Shown piece by piece: positions 16,903-25,301 of a DNA stretch of 46,249 bases. The notes beneath the pieces are model-generated. The model was not told the DNA's origin and searched no databases. It was given only the letters and a program-made list of their open reading frames with translations. Origin of the DNA: an uncultured Candidatus Bathyarchaeia archaeon (GTDB lineage Archaea; Thermoproteota; Bathyarchaeia; 40CM-2-53-6; JALHTG01). The stretch spans positions 3,664-49,912 of the forward strand of contig CAZGRO010000002.1 of NCBI GenBank assembly GCA_964528315.1, read 5' to 3'. Numbering within the stretch: the stretch's first letter is position 1; every line of letters starts with the position of its first letter. The position numbers and the translations under genes are program-made.

Positions 16903-17760
16903 GTGAGGATCAGGCATTTGCCGATTATTGAGATCAGGAACCTTTCGTTTTCCTATGCTGGAGCGCAACGCAAGTCACTCAACAACGTAAGTATTCAAAT
17001 CGAGAGAGGAGACTTCGTCGTTATTACTGGCCCCAGTGGATGCGGCAAGACCACGCTTTGTAGATGTCTTAACGGACTCGTCCCGAATTTCTATACAGGG
17101 GACTTATCCGGAGAAGTGCTTGTCTGTGGAAAGAGTATTCGAAAAGAATCCACTGGCTCTCTCTCACGCCATGTAGGGTTCGTTTTTCAGAACCCTGAGA
17201 ATCAGCTATTCTCTCTCACGGTCGAGAGAGATGTAGCCTTTGGTCCCGAGAATTTGGGGCTTGTCCGTGAGGAGACAAGAAGAAGGATGGAGTGGGCACT
17301 AAAAGCCACTGGCGTTGAAGAGTTGAGGGACCGAGCTCCATATGAACTATCTGGAGGCCAACAACAACGAGTCGCCATTGCCTCTGTTCTTGCGATGCGA
17401 CCTGAGATAATTGTGCTGGATGAGCCGACTTCCTTCTTAGATCCGAAATCGTCTCAGGAAATCCTGCAAGTAGTCGCAAGACTCAACAAAGATCTCGGCA
17501 TAACTGTATTTCTGGTGGAGCACAGACTCGACCTTGCGACAAGACATTCCAACAGAGTAGTTGTAATGGACAAAGGCTCCATTGTGTTGGACGGGCTGCC
17601 TGAAGATGTCTACAACGAACGCGCTCACCTAATTGGAATCGGAATGCCCAAGGTGACTGTTCTTTTTCGACTCCTCCGGCAGGACGGAATAGAAACTTCG
17701 AGGACACCTGTTACTGTTGAAGTGGGAATAGAAGAATTGAGGAAGATCCTGAGAAGTTGA
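16903..17760 (+). CDS. ecfA1: ECF transporter ATPase component EcfA1
   Basis: Walker [10 protein letters not shown], signature [12 protein letters not shown], Walker [12 protein letters not shown] start. Confidence 0.9.
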   Translation: MRIRHLPIIEIRNLSFSYAGAQRKSLNNVSIQIERGDFVVITGPSGCGKTTLCRCLNGLVPNFYTGDLSGEVLVCGKSIRKESTGSLSRHVGFVFQNPENQLFSLTVERDVAFGPENLGLVREETRRRMEWALKATGVEELRDRAPYELSGGQQQRVAIASVLAMRPEIIVLDEPTSFLDPKSSQEILQVVARLNKDLGITVFLVEHRLDLATRHSNRVVVMDKGSIVLDGLPEDVYNERAHLIGIGMPKVTVLFRLLRQDGIETSRTPVTVEVGIEELRKILRS

Positions 17761-18590
17761 TATCAGCAGACGGTGTCCACTTCACGTATCCCAACGGAAA
17801 TGAAGTGCTCCGAGGCATAGATCTCCGAATAGACGATGGAGAGTTCCTTGCAATAATGGGAGAGAACGGTGCAGGTAAGACCACGCTAATAAAAACTTTC
17901 AACGGACTTCTCAGACCAACAAAAGGCCAAGTCTTTGTCAATGAAATTGATACCAAGAAGACGAGCGTCGCAAGTCTCTCTCGAAATGTCGGCTTGGTAT
18001 TCCAGAACCCAGATCATCAACTCTTCTGTGAAACTGTTAGGGACGAGGTAGCGTACTCACTTAGAAACTTTGGATACTCGAGAGATATTGTGGAAAGAAG
18101 GGTTAAAGGAATTCTTGAGACCTTAGACCTTGTGCCCTACATGAACTCGTCTCCGTTCATGTTAAGCGGAGGCGAAAGGAAAAGGGTGGCCCTTGCCTCA
18201 GTCCTTGTTTGGAACCCCCAGCACATAGTCCTAGACGAACCGACAATCGGACAAGATTACCAGCAAAAAGATAGGCTGCGAAACTTCATAGTGCAACTCA
18301 ATTCTCAAGGGAAGACAGTCATCATGGTTACTCACGACGTGGAATTTGTCGCAGAGTGCAGACCAAGAGTTATGCTGCTGTCACGAGGAAAGATCATAGG
18401 CGACGGAAGAGCTGATAAGATCTTGACTGACGGAAGACTCATTGATCAAGCATCTCTGCTACACCCGCAGATCTCACTTATGTTCTCATCGTTCAATGAC
18501 CTACCACATGATGTGATTGATGTCTACTCGGCGTACACGATTGTCAAGAAGAGGATTAGAGGCTCGAGAAATGTCATTGCGAGTCTTTGA
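17757..18590 (+). CDS. ecfA2: ECF transporter ATPase component EcfA2
   Basis: GENGAGKTT, LSGGERKRVALA and IVLDEPT motifs. 4-nt overlap with ecfA1. Confidence 0.9.
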   Translation: MISADGVHFTYPNGNEVLRGIDLRIDDGEFLAIMGENGAGKTTLIKTFNGLLRPTKGQVFVNEIDTKKTSVASLSRNVGLVFQNPDHQLFCETVRDEVAYSLRNFGYSRDIVERRVKGILETLDLVPYMNSSPFMLSGGERKRVALASVLVWNPQHIVLDEPTIGQDYQQKDRLRNFIVQLNSQGKTVIMVTHDVEFVAECRPRVMLLSRGKIIGDGRADKILTDGRLIDQASLLHPQISLMFSSFNDLPHDVIDVYSAYTIVKKRIRGSRNVIASL

Positions 18591-19356
18591 AGGGTTCAAG
18601 TTCAGCAAACTCTCTACCCCAATCCATAGAATGGATCCTAGAGCCAAGTTTGTGGTGATCATGGCAATTTTCGTGATCTCACTTATTCAGACCAATGTCT
18701 TGGCTCTGTCTTTGATACTGGTGGCTCAGGTCCCACTGATCTGGATAGCTAAATCAATGAAGCGCTGGGGGGCATCGATGAAAGGCGGATTTCTCCTCGC
18801 CACATTGATCTTCATCATGAATTTCGCAACAGGATCCACGTTCACATATTCAATTGCCATGACAATCCGATTCTTGGCCCTCCTTTCGTCATTCTCAATA
18901 TTCTTCATGACAACATCTCCAGATGACTTGGGGCTTGCCCTTGAAGAGGCGCATGTTCCCTACACGCTCTGCTTCACATTTACCACAGCAGTGAGGCTTG
19001 TTCCGACCATGGCGACCGATGCTCAGACTGTGGTCGATGCTCAAAGATCCAGAGGACTCGAGTTGGACAAAGGTAACTTACTGAAAAGAATAAGGAACTA
19101 CATTCCTATTCTCATACCGTTGATTGTTTCGGCGATTAGAAGAAGTGTGGAGCTGGCTGAGGCTCTTGAATCCAGAGGATTTGGGCTGAGTGTCAAAAGA
19201 CAACCTGTGACCGTCCTTCGAATGAGAAAATCTGACTACGCCGCTATTCTTGCTGCAGTTGCTCTATTGATGCTTGCAGCATGGGCCAGCATATATGCTC
19301 AACTACCTATAATAGAAATACATTTCGAGCTTCCCAGACTTTGGTGTATCGTGTAG
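18571..19356 (+). CDS. ecfT: ECF transporter transmembrane component EcfT (CbiQ family)
   Basis: Polytopic membrane protein with a DPRAKF start region and the AQRSRG coupling-helix motif. ATG at 18571 overlaps the ecfA2 end. Confidence 0.88.
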   Translation: MSLRVFEGFKFSKLSTPIHRMDPRAKFVVIMAIFVISLIQTNVLALSLILVAQVPLIWIAKSMKRWGASMKGGFLLATLIFIMNFATGSTFTYSIAMTIRFLALLSSFSIFFMTTSPDDLGLALEEAHVPYTLCFTFTTAVRLVPTMATDAQTVVDAQRSRGLELDKGNLLKRIRNYIPILIPLIVSAIRRSVELAEALESRGFGLSVKRQPVTVLRMRKSDYAAILAAVALLMLAAWASIYAQLPIIEIHFELPRLWCIV

Positions 19357-19539
19357 CCACACTGATCATGCTCTGATTCCAGACGCGGCTTTGCACACGG
19401 CCCTGCAAGAGGTCAAACATAAACGGAGTCGACACGAGGATCCGAGCCTATTGGCAACATACTTCTGCGACACGGCATCTAGTCTTCTCGATAGGAATAA
19501 TAACGGGTAGCAAACATCGCACATTGGAGAGATAGAACG

Positions 19540-20286
19540 CTGATCGCAATAACAGGGTTTAAGGGGATACCTCCGATAAGAAAAGGCGACGATCTGGGAC
19601 GCCTCATAGTCCAAGCTGCGAAGGACAATCATGTCACAATTGAGGAAGAAGATGCGATTATCGTCACTCAGAAGGTGGTCTCGAAGGCAGAAGGCCGCAC
19701 AGCATCTCTTCGAACCATCAGACCATCGGTGTTCGCTAATGCAATCGCTTATCAGACAAATCGTGACCCAAGGGTTGTCAATACAATTCTGGAAGAGGCT
19801 CCGAGGATTGTCAGAATAAGAGACGGTCACTTCATTGTTGAGACCAGGCAAGGCTACATATGCGCGAATGCGGGCATTGACAGATCGAATATACAGGAGG
19901 ACGACACCGTGTCCATGCTGCCGGAGAATCCGGACGAATCAGCTGAGAGGATCAGAACAAGAATCAAACACCTTGTGCGTGTGAACGTTGCTGTCATAAT
20001 TACGGACACGTTTGGTAGAGCTTGGAGGCTCGGGCATGTCAACTTTGCTATCGGAGTGGCCGGAATGAGGCCAATGAAAGATTATCGTGGGAAGGAGGAT
20101 ATGTTTGGGTATCGACTTCGTGTGACATTGATGGCTATCGCCGATGAGCTTGCTTCTGCAGCTGAGCTGGTCATGAACAAAAAGGACGGTGTGCCAGTCG
20201 CCATAGTGAAGGGATATCGGTATCCTAGTGGCAGCGGTATCGCAAGAGAGCTAGTTCGTCCAATCCAAGAAGACCTCTTTCGCTGA
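19540..20286 (+). CDS. cofE: Coenzyme F420-0:L-glutamate ligase (CofE)
   Basis: KVVSKAEGR, CANAGIDRSN, ITDTFGRAWRLG and ADELASAAELVMNKKDGVPVAIVKGY motifs. The conserved N-terminus (IAITGFKGIPPIRKGDDLGRLI) lies upstream of the first canonical start (GTG 19675), so the 5' boundary is uncertain. Confidence 0.85.
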   Translation: MIAITGFKGIPPIRKGDDLGRLIVQAAKDNHVTIEEEDAIIVTQKVVSKAEGRTASLRTIRPSVFANAIAYQTNRDPRVVNTILEEAPRIVRIRDGHFIVETRQGYICANAGIDRSNIQEDDTVSMLPENPDESAERIRTRIKHLVRVNVAVIITDTFGRAWRLGHVNFAIGVAGMRPMKDYRGKEDMFGYRLRVTLMAIADELASAAELVMNKKDGVPVAIVKGYRYPSGSGIARELVRPIQEDLFR

Positions 20287-20551
20287 GGAATTCTCTCTCA
20301 GACGAATATCGCATCTTACGGCGTCTTGATGTTGAAGTTTTCATCCTCTGCATATTTCTGCATCAGCTCATATTCTCTGATCGCTTGTCTCAGAAGATCT
20401 ACAAACTTGCACCAAAAAAGCAACCTGTGCACGCCGCCAATACTTGTTCATTCGAATCTAATAGTGCCTCTAGGTCTCAACTGGATCCAGTGTCATACTT
20501 TATTTGCTTGATATGAGACACTGAGAGAGAGGCGTACAACCTACCCGGGCA

Positions 20552-21295
20552 ATGGTGAAACATGAGATGGCCAAGTCGTCGGATCTAGCTAAACCTCCGA
20601 TTCCGGTGCGGGTGAAAGATCTGTTCAATTTCGCAAGACTAGGTTTGGCCTTGAGTGAAGGATCACAGATCCTTTGGCATATGCAACTCAAAACTCAGCA
20701 TATTGGAGCCCTCTTCACAGCTTATATGTACTGGAACGGAGATCTCCCCTTGCTTGCCTATCTGAATCTTGATGAAAAACCGAAACCATTTCTGGCTTAC
20801 AAGAGCGATTCTGCGAAAGGTGAGGAGATAGTCTTTTCAGATGATGTAGATGATACAAGATACAAGTATGGATCCTTCATAGAGGTCAAGAAGATCCCCA
20901 AGTCTTTCGAGGACTCGCTGAGCGGCAAATTCACTGTCCCTGCGGAACCTATGTTGACCGAGGTCGAAGACCTGAAATCAATAGTCAGAATTCTTCTGCC
21001 GCTCTCATTCAGGGAAGGCACGATCTTTCCTTTGTGGCAGTTCACACGCGGAAAGAAGCACGTAGTGGGGACATGCATCCCGTTCGAGCACTACTATGAG
21101 GCAGATGCGCTGCCGGTGTTCTTCTACGTAGTCAGAGACGAACCTCTTGCAGCGCCGTTCATCAAGTATACTGCTTCGCGTACCACAGGGGAGAAGCTGG
21201 AACTCTCTGGAAACACCTCAGACGCCAAGTATTTCTACGTGAAGATTGTAGATGTAGAAGACCTGCCGATCTTTCCAAGGGATTATGTCCTGTGA
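20552..21295 (+). CDS. Hypothetical cytoplasmic protein with internal tandem duplication (two repeats of roughly 95 aa)
   Basis: 247 aa with an ATG start and no TM segment or signal peptide. The two halves align: ILW..H..LP.LAYLNLDE.P.PF.AY...GE....D..YKY..I.V..IP..F versus PLW..H..LPVFFYVVRDEP...PFIKY...GE.......KYFYVKIVDV.DLPIF. No family recognised. Confidence 0.7.
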   Translation: MVKHEMAKSSDLAKPPIPVRVKDLFNFARLGLALSEGSQILWHMQLKTQHIGALFTAYMYWNGDLPLLAYLNLDEKPKPFLAYKSDSAKGEEIVFSDDVDDTRYKYGSFIEVKKIPKSFEDSLSGKFTVPAEPMLTEVEDLKSIVRILLPLSFREGTIFPLWQFTRGKKHVVGTCIPFEHYYEADALPVFFYVVRDEPLAAPFIKYTASRTTGEKLELSGNTSDAKYFYVKIVDVEDLPIFPRDYVL

Positions 21296-21364
21296 CTGCA
21301 AGCTTCGTGACTGCTGTTCGTCTCTAGACTATGAGAATTGACTCCCAGTCACGTTGCCCACTGA

Positions 21365-23851
21365 ATGACGAAAACAGGAGATAGAGCAGTTCAAGCTCGG
21401 ATACGCCAAGAGGTAGGTTGTTTGAGAAAGGCCTCTGCTATCAGGGTTGGCTTCATTATCGCCATCACAGTCAGCTTCATTCCTCTGATAACCATACAAA
21501 TCATGGCCTTTCGTGCTACAAGCGCATGGATAGATCCTGAGCTGGTTGCAGACGTAAACAGCGTTCTCAACACAGAGCAGGAGAGACTGCCTGTAACAAT
21601 TGTCTCATACTCGACTCTCACTCAGGCAGAACTACAGCAGGTTGCTTCCATGGGCATCCTAGGAACTACTATGGACGACATCGCAACTGTCAGACTACAC
21701 AAGGAGTCTATCATGGAGTTAGCCAAGCTCAGATTCGTGAAGCGTGTCGAATCTGGTTATGCAACCCCTGCGTTGGACATTAGCGTCCCGGAGATTGGAG
21801 CAACAGAAGCTTGGAACAATTCATCCGCCGCCAAAAACCAGCTACCACGAGGCGCAGGAGTAATCGTGGGTATTGTGGATACGGGTATTGATTGGAGACA
21901 CAAGGACTTCAAGTTCGAGAATGGATCGTCCAAACTTCTGTTCCTCTGGGATCAAACCAGGTCAGGGATTCCCCCTCATGAGTTTGCCTATGGGACAGAG
22001 TGGACGAGAAGTCAGCTAGAGGCAGGACTCTGTGATTCGAAAGATCAAACAGGACATGGAACCCACGTGGCTGGAATTGCCTCAGGTACAGGAAAATCCA
22101 TCGGCAGATACATGGGTGTCGCTCCGGACTCTTCACTAGTCATTGTCAAAAGCGGTATGATGACAAGAAAAGGATGGAGATTCCGATGGCCAGAGGTCAT
22201 TGATGGAGTCAACTACATATGGCAAAAAGCAAAGGCCCTAGGAAAGCGCGCAGTTGTCAACCTCAGCTTGGGAAGCAATTCTGGAGGACACGACGGCATG
22301 TCTTCTATTGAGAGAGTGCTCGATCGTTTGACCTCGGAAGGGATTGTCGTAGTTGTGTCGGCCGGAAATGAAGGAATAAGAGGAGCTCACGCGCAGGGCA
22401 ACCTTGCAAGAGACCAAACCACAACCCTGACCGTGATACCCACAGTGGATGAAGACGAAATATACCTTGAGATATGGTACTCTGCATCTGATGAGATGAA
22501 CATCTCACTGAAATGCCCAGACGGCCAGATCCTCAACGGCTCAACTTCGTCATCAGGATTCTCAACACCGAGAGGCACCATTCACATAGCCCAAGACTCA
22601 TCTGGAAGCGGAAAGGCCTGGAGAATAATGGCTGTCTCTTCAACCAATATGACAGAGGACCAATGGACCGTAACCCTGCAAGGAAGCTCATTATCGCGCC
22701 CAGCAGAGTGGGATGCTTGGCTTAGTACCAAAGGGAAATTCCTACCTGGTTCTGGATACGAGGTTACGCCGAACAAGACCGTAACAGTGCCTGGAACCGC
22801 CCAGAACGTGATCACCGTAGGAGCGTACGTTACACGTACTCAATGGACCACCAAGAATGGGACCAATTACCAAGATAAGGCCAGTGAGGCTCTCGGTGAC
22901 TTAGCGAGATTCAGTTCGTGGGGTCCGACCAGAGATGGCAGAGTGAAACCTGAGCTCTGCGCTCCGGGAAAAGCCATCGTCTCTGCAAAATCTATTGACA
23001 CTGTCAGCTCAGAAACGGATCCCACCGAAATGCATTCCGTAAAGCAAGGCACAAGCATGGCGGCACCACATATCACTGGAGTTGTTGCAATGATGATGGA
23101 AGGCAACCCTTACCTGACTGCATATGCAGTCAAAGAAATAATGAAGATGACTGCTAGGCAGGACGTCTACACCGGCGAGACAGCGCCAGACAGCTCTTAC
23201 AAATGGGGATTCGGGAAAGTCAATGCAAAGAAAGCTGTATCAATATGCAAGGCAAAATATGAAGTCAAACTGGTCTTCGTAGGAGCACCAGTTCTGTTCT
23301 CTCCGACGATAGTTGTAGACGGTGTCTCCAAATCGATCGATGACGTACACAAGCCAACAACTTTGGAATTGAACGTTGGAACGACGCTGGTCATTATGAT
23401 CGAACCCGTAATCTTTGGAGAGAGGAGTCAGATGACAATCTTTCATAGAGCGGTCCACAAGTACGTTTTCAATCGATGGACCGTCCAAAAGAACGGAACC
23501 TACAGTTTGACGTCGACCACCCAAGCTCTTACCCTGCTGATTGATGGCCCTAAGACGGTGGTTGGCGAGTGGAGAGAGGAGATTGACATGGAACTTGACA
23601 TACCGGTGGTCGGGTCGGTATTGTTCACATCCGCAGCCCTGTTGACTGCCGCAATTCTAATACTGATTTTGAAGGGAAAAGACGTGTACGTTGTCACCGC
23701 AAATCTGAGCCGAAATCGAAAGGCAGAATTCACATGCCATCGTGCCGAGATTATCAAAAAGGTGCTTCACGAAACAGTTTTATTTGAGGGATCAAATTCC
23801 AGTCTGCAACGGAGGTATCGGCAATCGGAGGCGCAAAGAAGAAGAGCCTAG
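21365..23851 (+). CDS. Subtilisin-like serine protease (peptidase S8) with N-terminal signal-anchor and C-terminal TM helix
   Basis: Catalytic triad motifs GIVDTGID (Asp), HGTHVAGIASG (His) and GTSMAAPHITG (Ser). Hydrophobic segments near both termini. Confidence 0.9.
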   Translation: MTKTGDRAVQARIRQEVGCLRKASAIRVGFIIAITVSFIPLITIQIMAFRATSAWIDPELVADVNSVLNTEQERLPVTIVSYSTLTQAELQQVASMGILGTTMDDIATVRLHKESIMELAKLRFVKRVESGYATPALDISVPEIGATEAWNNSSAAKNQLPRGAGVIVGIVDTGIDWRHKDFKFENGSSKLLFLWDQTRSGIPPHEFAYGTEWTRSQLEAGLCDSKDQTGHGTHVAGIASGTGKSIGRYMGVAPDSSLVIVKSGMMTRKGWRFRWPEVIDGVNYIWQKAKALGKRAVVNLSLGSNSGGHDGMSSIERVLDRLTSEGIVVVVSAGNEGIRGAHAQGNLARDQTTTLTVIPTVDEDEIYLEIWYSASDEMNISLKCPDGQILNGSTSSSGFSTPRGTIHIAQDSSGSGKAWRIMAVSSTNMTEDQWTVTLQGSSLSRPAEWDAWLSTKGKFLPGSGYEVTPNKTVTVPGTAQNVITVGAYVTRTQWTTKNGTNYQDKASEALGDLARFSSWGPTRDGRVKPELCAPGKAIVSAKSIDTVSSETDPTEMHSVKQGTSMAAPHITGVVAMMMEGNPYLTAYAVKEIMKMTARQDVYTGETAPDSSYKWGFGKVNAKKAVSICKAKYEVKLVFVGAPVLFSPTIVVDGVSKSIDDVHKPTTLELNVGTTLVIMIEPVIFGERSQMTIFHRAVHKYVFNRWTVQKNGTYSLTSTTQALTLLIDGPKTVVGEWREEIDMELDIPVVGSVLFTSAALLTAAILILILKGKDVYVVTANLSRNRKAEFTCHRAEIIKKVLHETVLFEGSNSSLQRRYRQSEAQRRRA

Positions 23852-23856
23852 CACAG

Positions 23857-24153
23857 ATGGAAAAGACCCAGGTTCAACAAGACAAAGAAGAAGCTGCTCC
23901 TAAGAAGGCGAAACCGAAGTCGGGACCTGCGGAGAAGAAGGTCAGGGCAGTGGAACTCCAGAGGACGGATGACCCAAGAATCATTAACGAGGTATCCAAA
24001 ATGGGTGCGATTACACCCTATGCAGTGTCGTCACAGTTCAACATACGTCTAGGTGCAGCAAAGGACTTGCTCGAAGAGCTGGAGAAAAAGAAGATTCTGA
24101 CATCGGTCGGTGGCAACGCAAGAATAAGAATCTACAGGGCAGTCGCGGCTTAG
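23857..24153 (+). CDS. rps25e: 30S ribosomal protein S25e (eS25)
   Basis: Lys-rich N-terminus followed by a winged-helix region: GAITPYAVSSQFNIRLGAAKDLLEELEKKKIL...IY. Confidence 0.8.
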   Translation: MEKTQVQQDKEEAAPKKAKPKSGPAEKKVRAVELQRTDDPRIINEVSKMGAITPYAVSSQFNIRLGAAKDLLEELEKKKILTSVGGNARIRIYRAVAA

Positions 24154-24524
24154 AAACGCTCCAAGATGATCTTCGAACCTGATCTCGTGTTCGCGAATAG
24201 CTCCAGGTTTTGTGTGATTCTCCCAACAACGTTCACTGGACTATATGGTTGTCTGGCTCCATAGAACACGCAGACTGCCGAGCTGAGTGGCCAGTAAGCT
24301 ATAGCACCTTTTTCCACCTTCGATTTGGCTTTTTCAGCTCCCAGTCTGACACATGTCTCAAAATAGACCTGCTCGTTCCATATGGCCGCTCTTCCTTCCA
24401 ACGGCATCGCTCTAAGCAGAGACTCAACGGTTCTAGGAGCCAGAAACCTAATGAGTTCGCCCACGGCCTCACCTGAATCCTGAACAACAAATCTTACTTT
24501 GTGCCTGGATAGTTCCCCTGACAT
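24150..24524 (-). CDS. Cyclophilin-like superfamily protein (TM1367/DUF369-like), function unknown
   Basis: 124 aa. LAPRTVESLLRAMP...GAIAYWPLSSAVCVFYG...SPVNVVGRI pattern resembles the cyclophilin-like fold family. This is recognition from memory only. Confidence 0.5.
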   Translation of the reverse strand: MSGELSRHKVRFVVQDSGEAVGELIRFLAPRTVESLLRAMPLEGRAAIWNEQVYFETCVRLGAEKAKSKVEKGAIAYWPLSSAVCVFYGARQPYSPVNVVGRITQNLELFANTRSGSKIILERF

Positions 24525-24618
24525 TCGAAACCCACAGAAAGTAAGTTAAACGAGGTACAAAATGATTATGAAATGAGGATAGCAATGGGATGTTGCGTGC
24601 TTGATCGCTGAAGTAGTG

Positions 24619-25050
24619 ATGGCCTTGTCGATAGCGTTCTCGTTTGTTGCGCTTTATGGCAGATCGCAGATCACAAGGCAATTTGGCTTTGCCTTTCTGG
24701 GGCTCTTTTCGTCGCTCTCAGTCTTTGTCAGTAAGAGTAACTTCGGCGTTGTCCTGCTCGCTTTGTCAGCCATCGTGCTGCCTTACGTCCTCTTCAGGAT
24801 TCCTGAAGATATTGAACCAAAGAAGATTCCTTATTCACATTCGGTCTCCATGATACTCTGCATAGCGACGGTAGTGGTGATAGGCGTACTCGATAGGCTT
24901 GACCGAATTCAGTTAGAACTCGCGATCATAGCATCCATGGGGATCGTTTCGATCCTCTTGAGACGATCGACACAGGAGAAGATCGTTGGATTGGCAGTTC
25001 TATTCCAGGCTATCCTCGTCGAGATTTCTCTTGTGGAGCTAGTGCTTTGA
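24619..25050 (+). CDS. Small integral membrane protein (about 4-5 TM helices), unknown function
   Basis: Strongly hydrophobic ORF. ATG at 24619; the track start at 24601 is a TTG. Confidence 0.5.
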   Translation: MALSIAFSFVALYGRSQITRQFGFAFLGLFSSLSVFVSKSNFGVVLLALSAIVLPYVLFRIPEDIEPKKIPYSHSVSMILCIATVVVIGVLDRLDRIQLELAIIASMGIVSILLRRSTQEKIVGLAVLFQAILVEISLVELVL

Positions 25051-25201
25051 GTTTTGCTATGTCGTAAGCTCTGAGGCTCATCGTGTGGCGTATGATCGTA
25101 TTTTTCCGGAGAAGCAATACGAAAGCTCTCTTGCGGATGTGACGCAATTCGAAATAACGAATGCGGTCTGCCCCCTCTTTACGGCGGTATCGATATTCCA
25201 T
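25010..25201 (-). CDS. Possible small highly basic protein (63 aa), unverified
   Basis: ATG-initiated ORF rich in Arg/Lys. Overlaps 41 nt of the convergent membrane-protein gene. No family recognised. Confidence 0.2.
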   Translation of the reverse strand: MEYRYRRKEGADRIRYFELRHIRKRAFVLLLRKNTIIRHTMSLRAYDIAKLKALAPQEKSRRG

Positions 25202-25213
25202 AGATGATGTGCT

Positions 25214-25280
25214 ATGAAATTGAACAAGGCTGCTACGGTACTAGTCTTGGAAATAGAAGGTAGGTGGAACTCAATTTCAT
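25214..25280. repeat. 10-bp inverted repeat ATGAAATTGA ... TCAATTTCAT with a 47-nt spacer
   Basis: Arms at 25214-25223 and 25271-25280. Lies between the DegT stop (25302) and the start of the small basic ORF (25201). Confidence 0.45.
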
Positions 25281-25301
25281 GCTAAATCTTGAGAGAGATG
25301 T

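Noticed and set aside
19366-19851. Minus-strand 161-aa ORF from the track.
   Set aside because: It overlaps the conserved N-terminal coding region of cofE on the opposite strand and has an implausible Cys/Arg/Ser-rich composition.
20316-20432. Minus-strand 38-codon ORF with a helical-looking C-terminus (KFVDLLRQAIREYELMQKYAEDENFNIKTP) downstream of cofE.
   Set aside because: It is too short, has only a GTG start and no upstream continuation in any frame. It could be chance. Only a conservation search could revive it.
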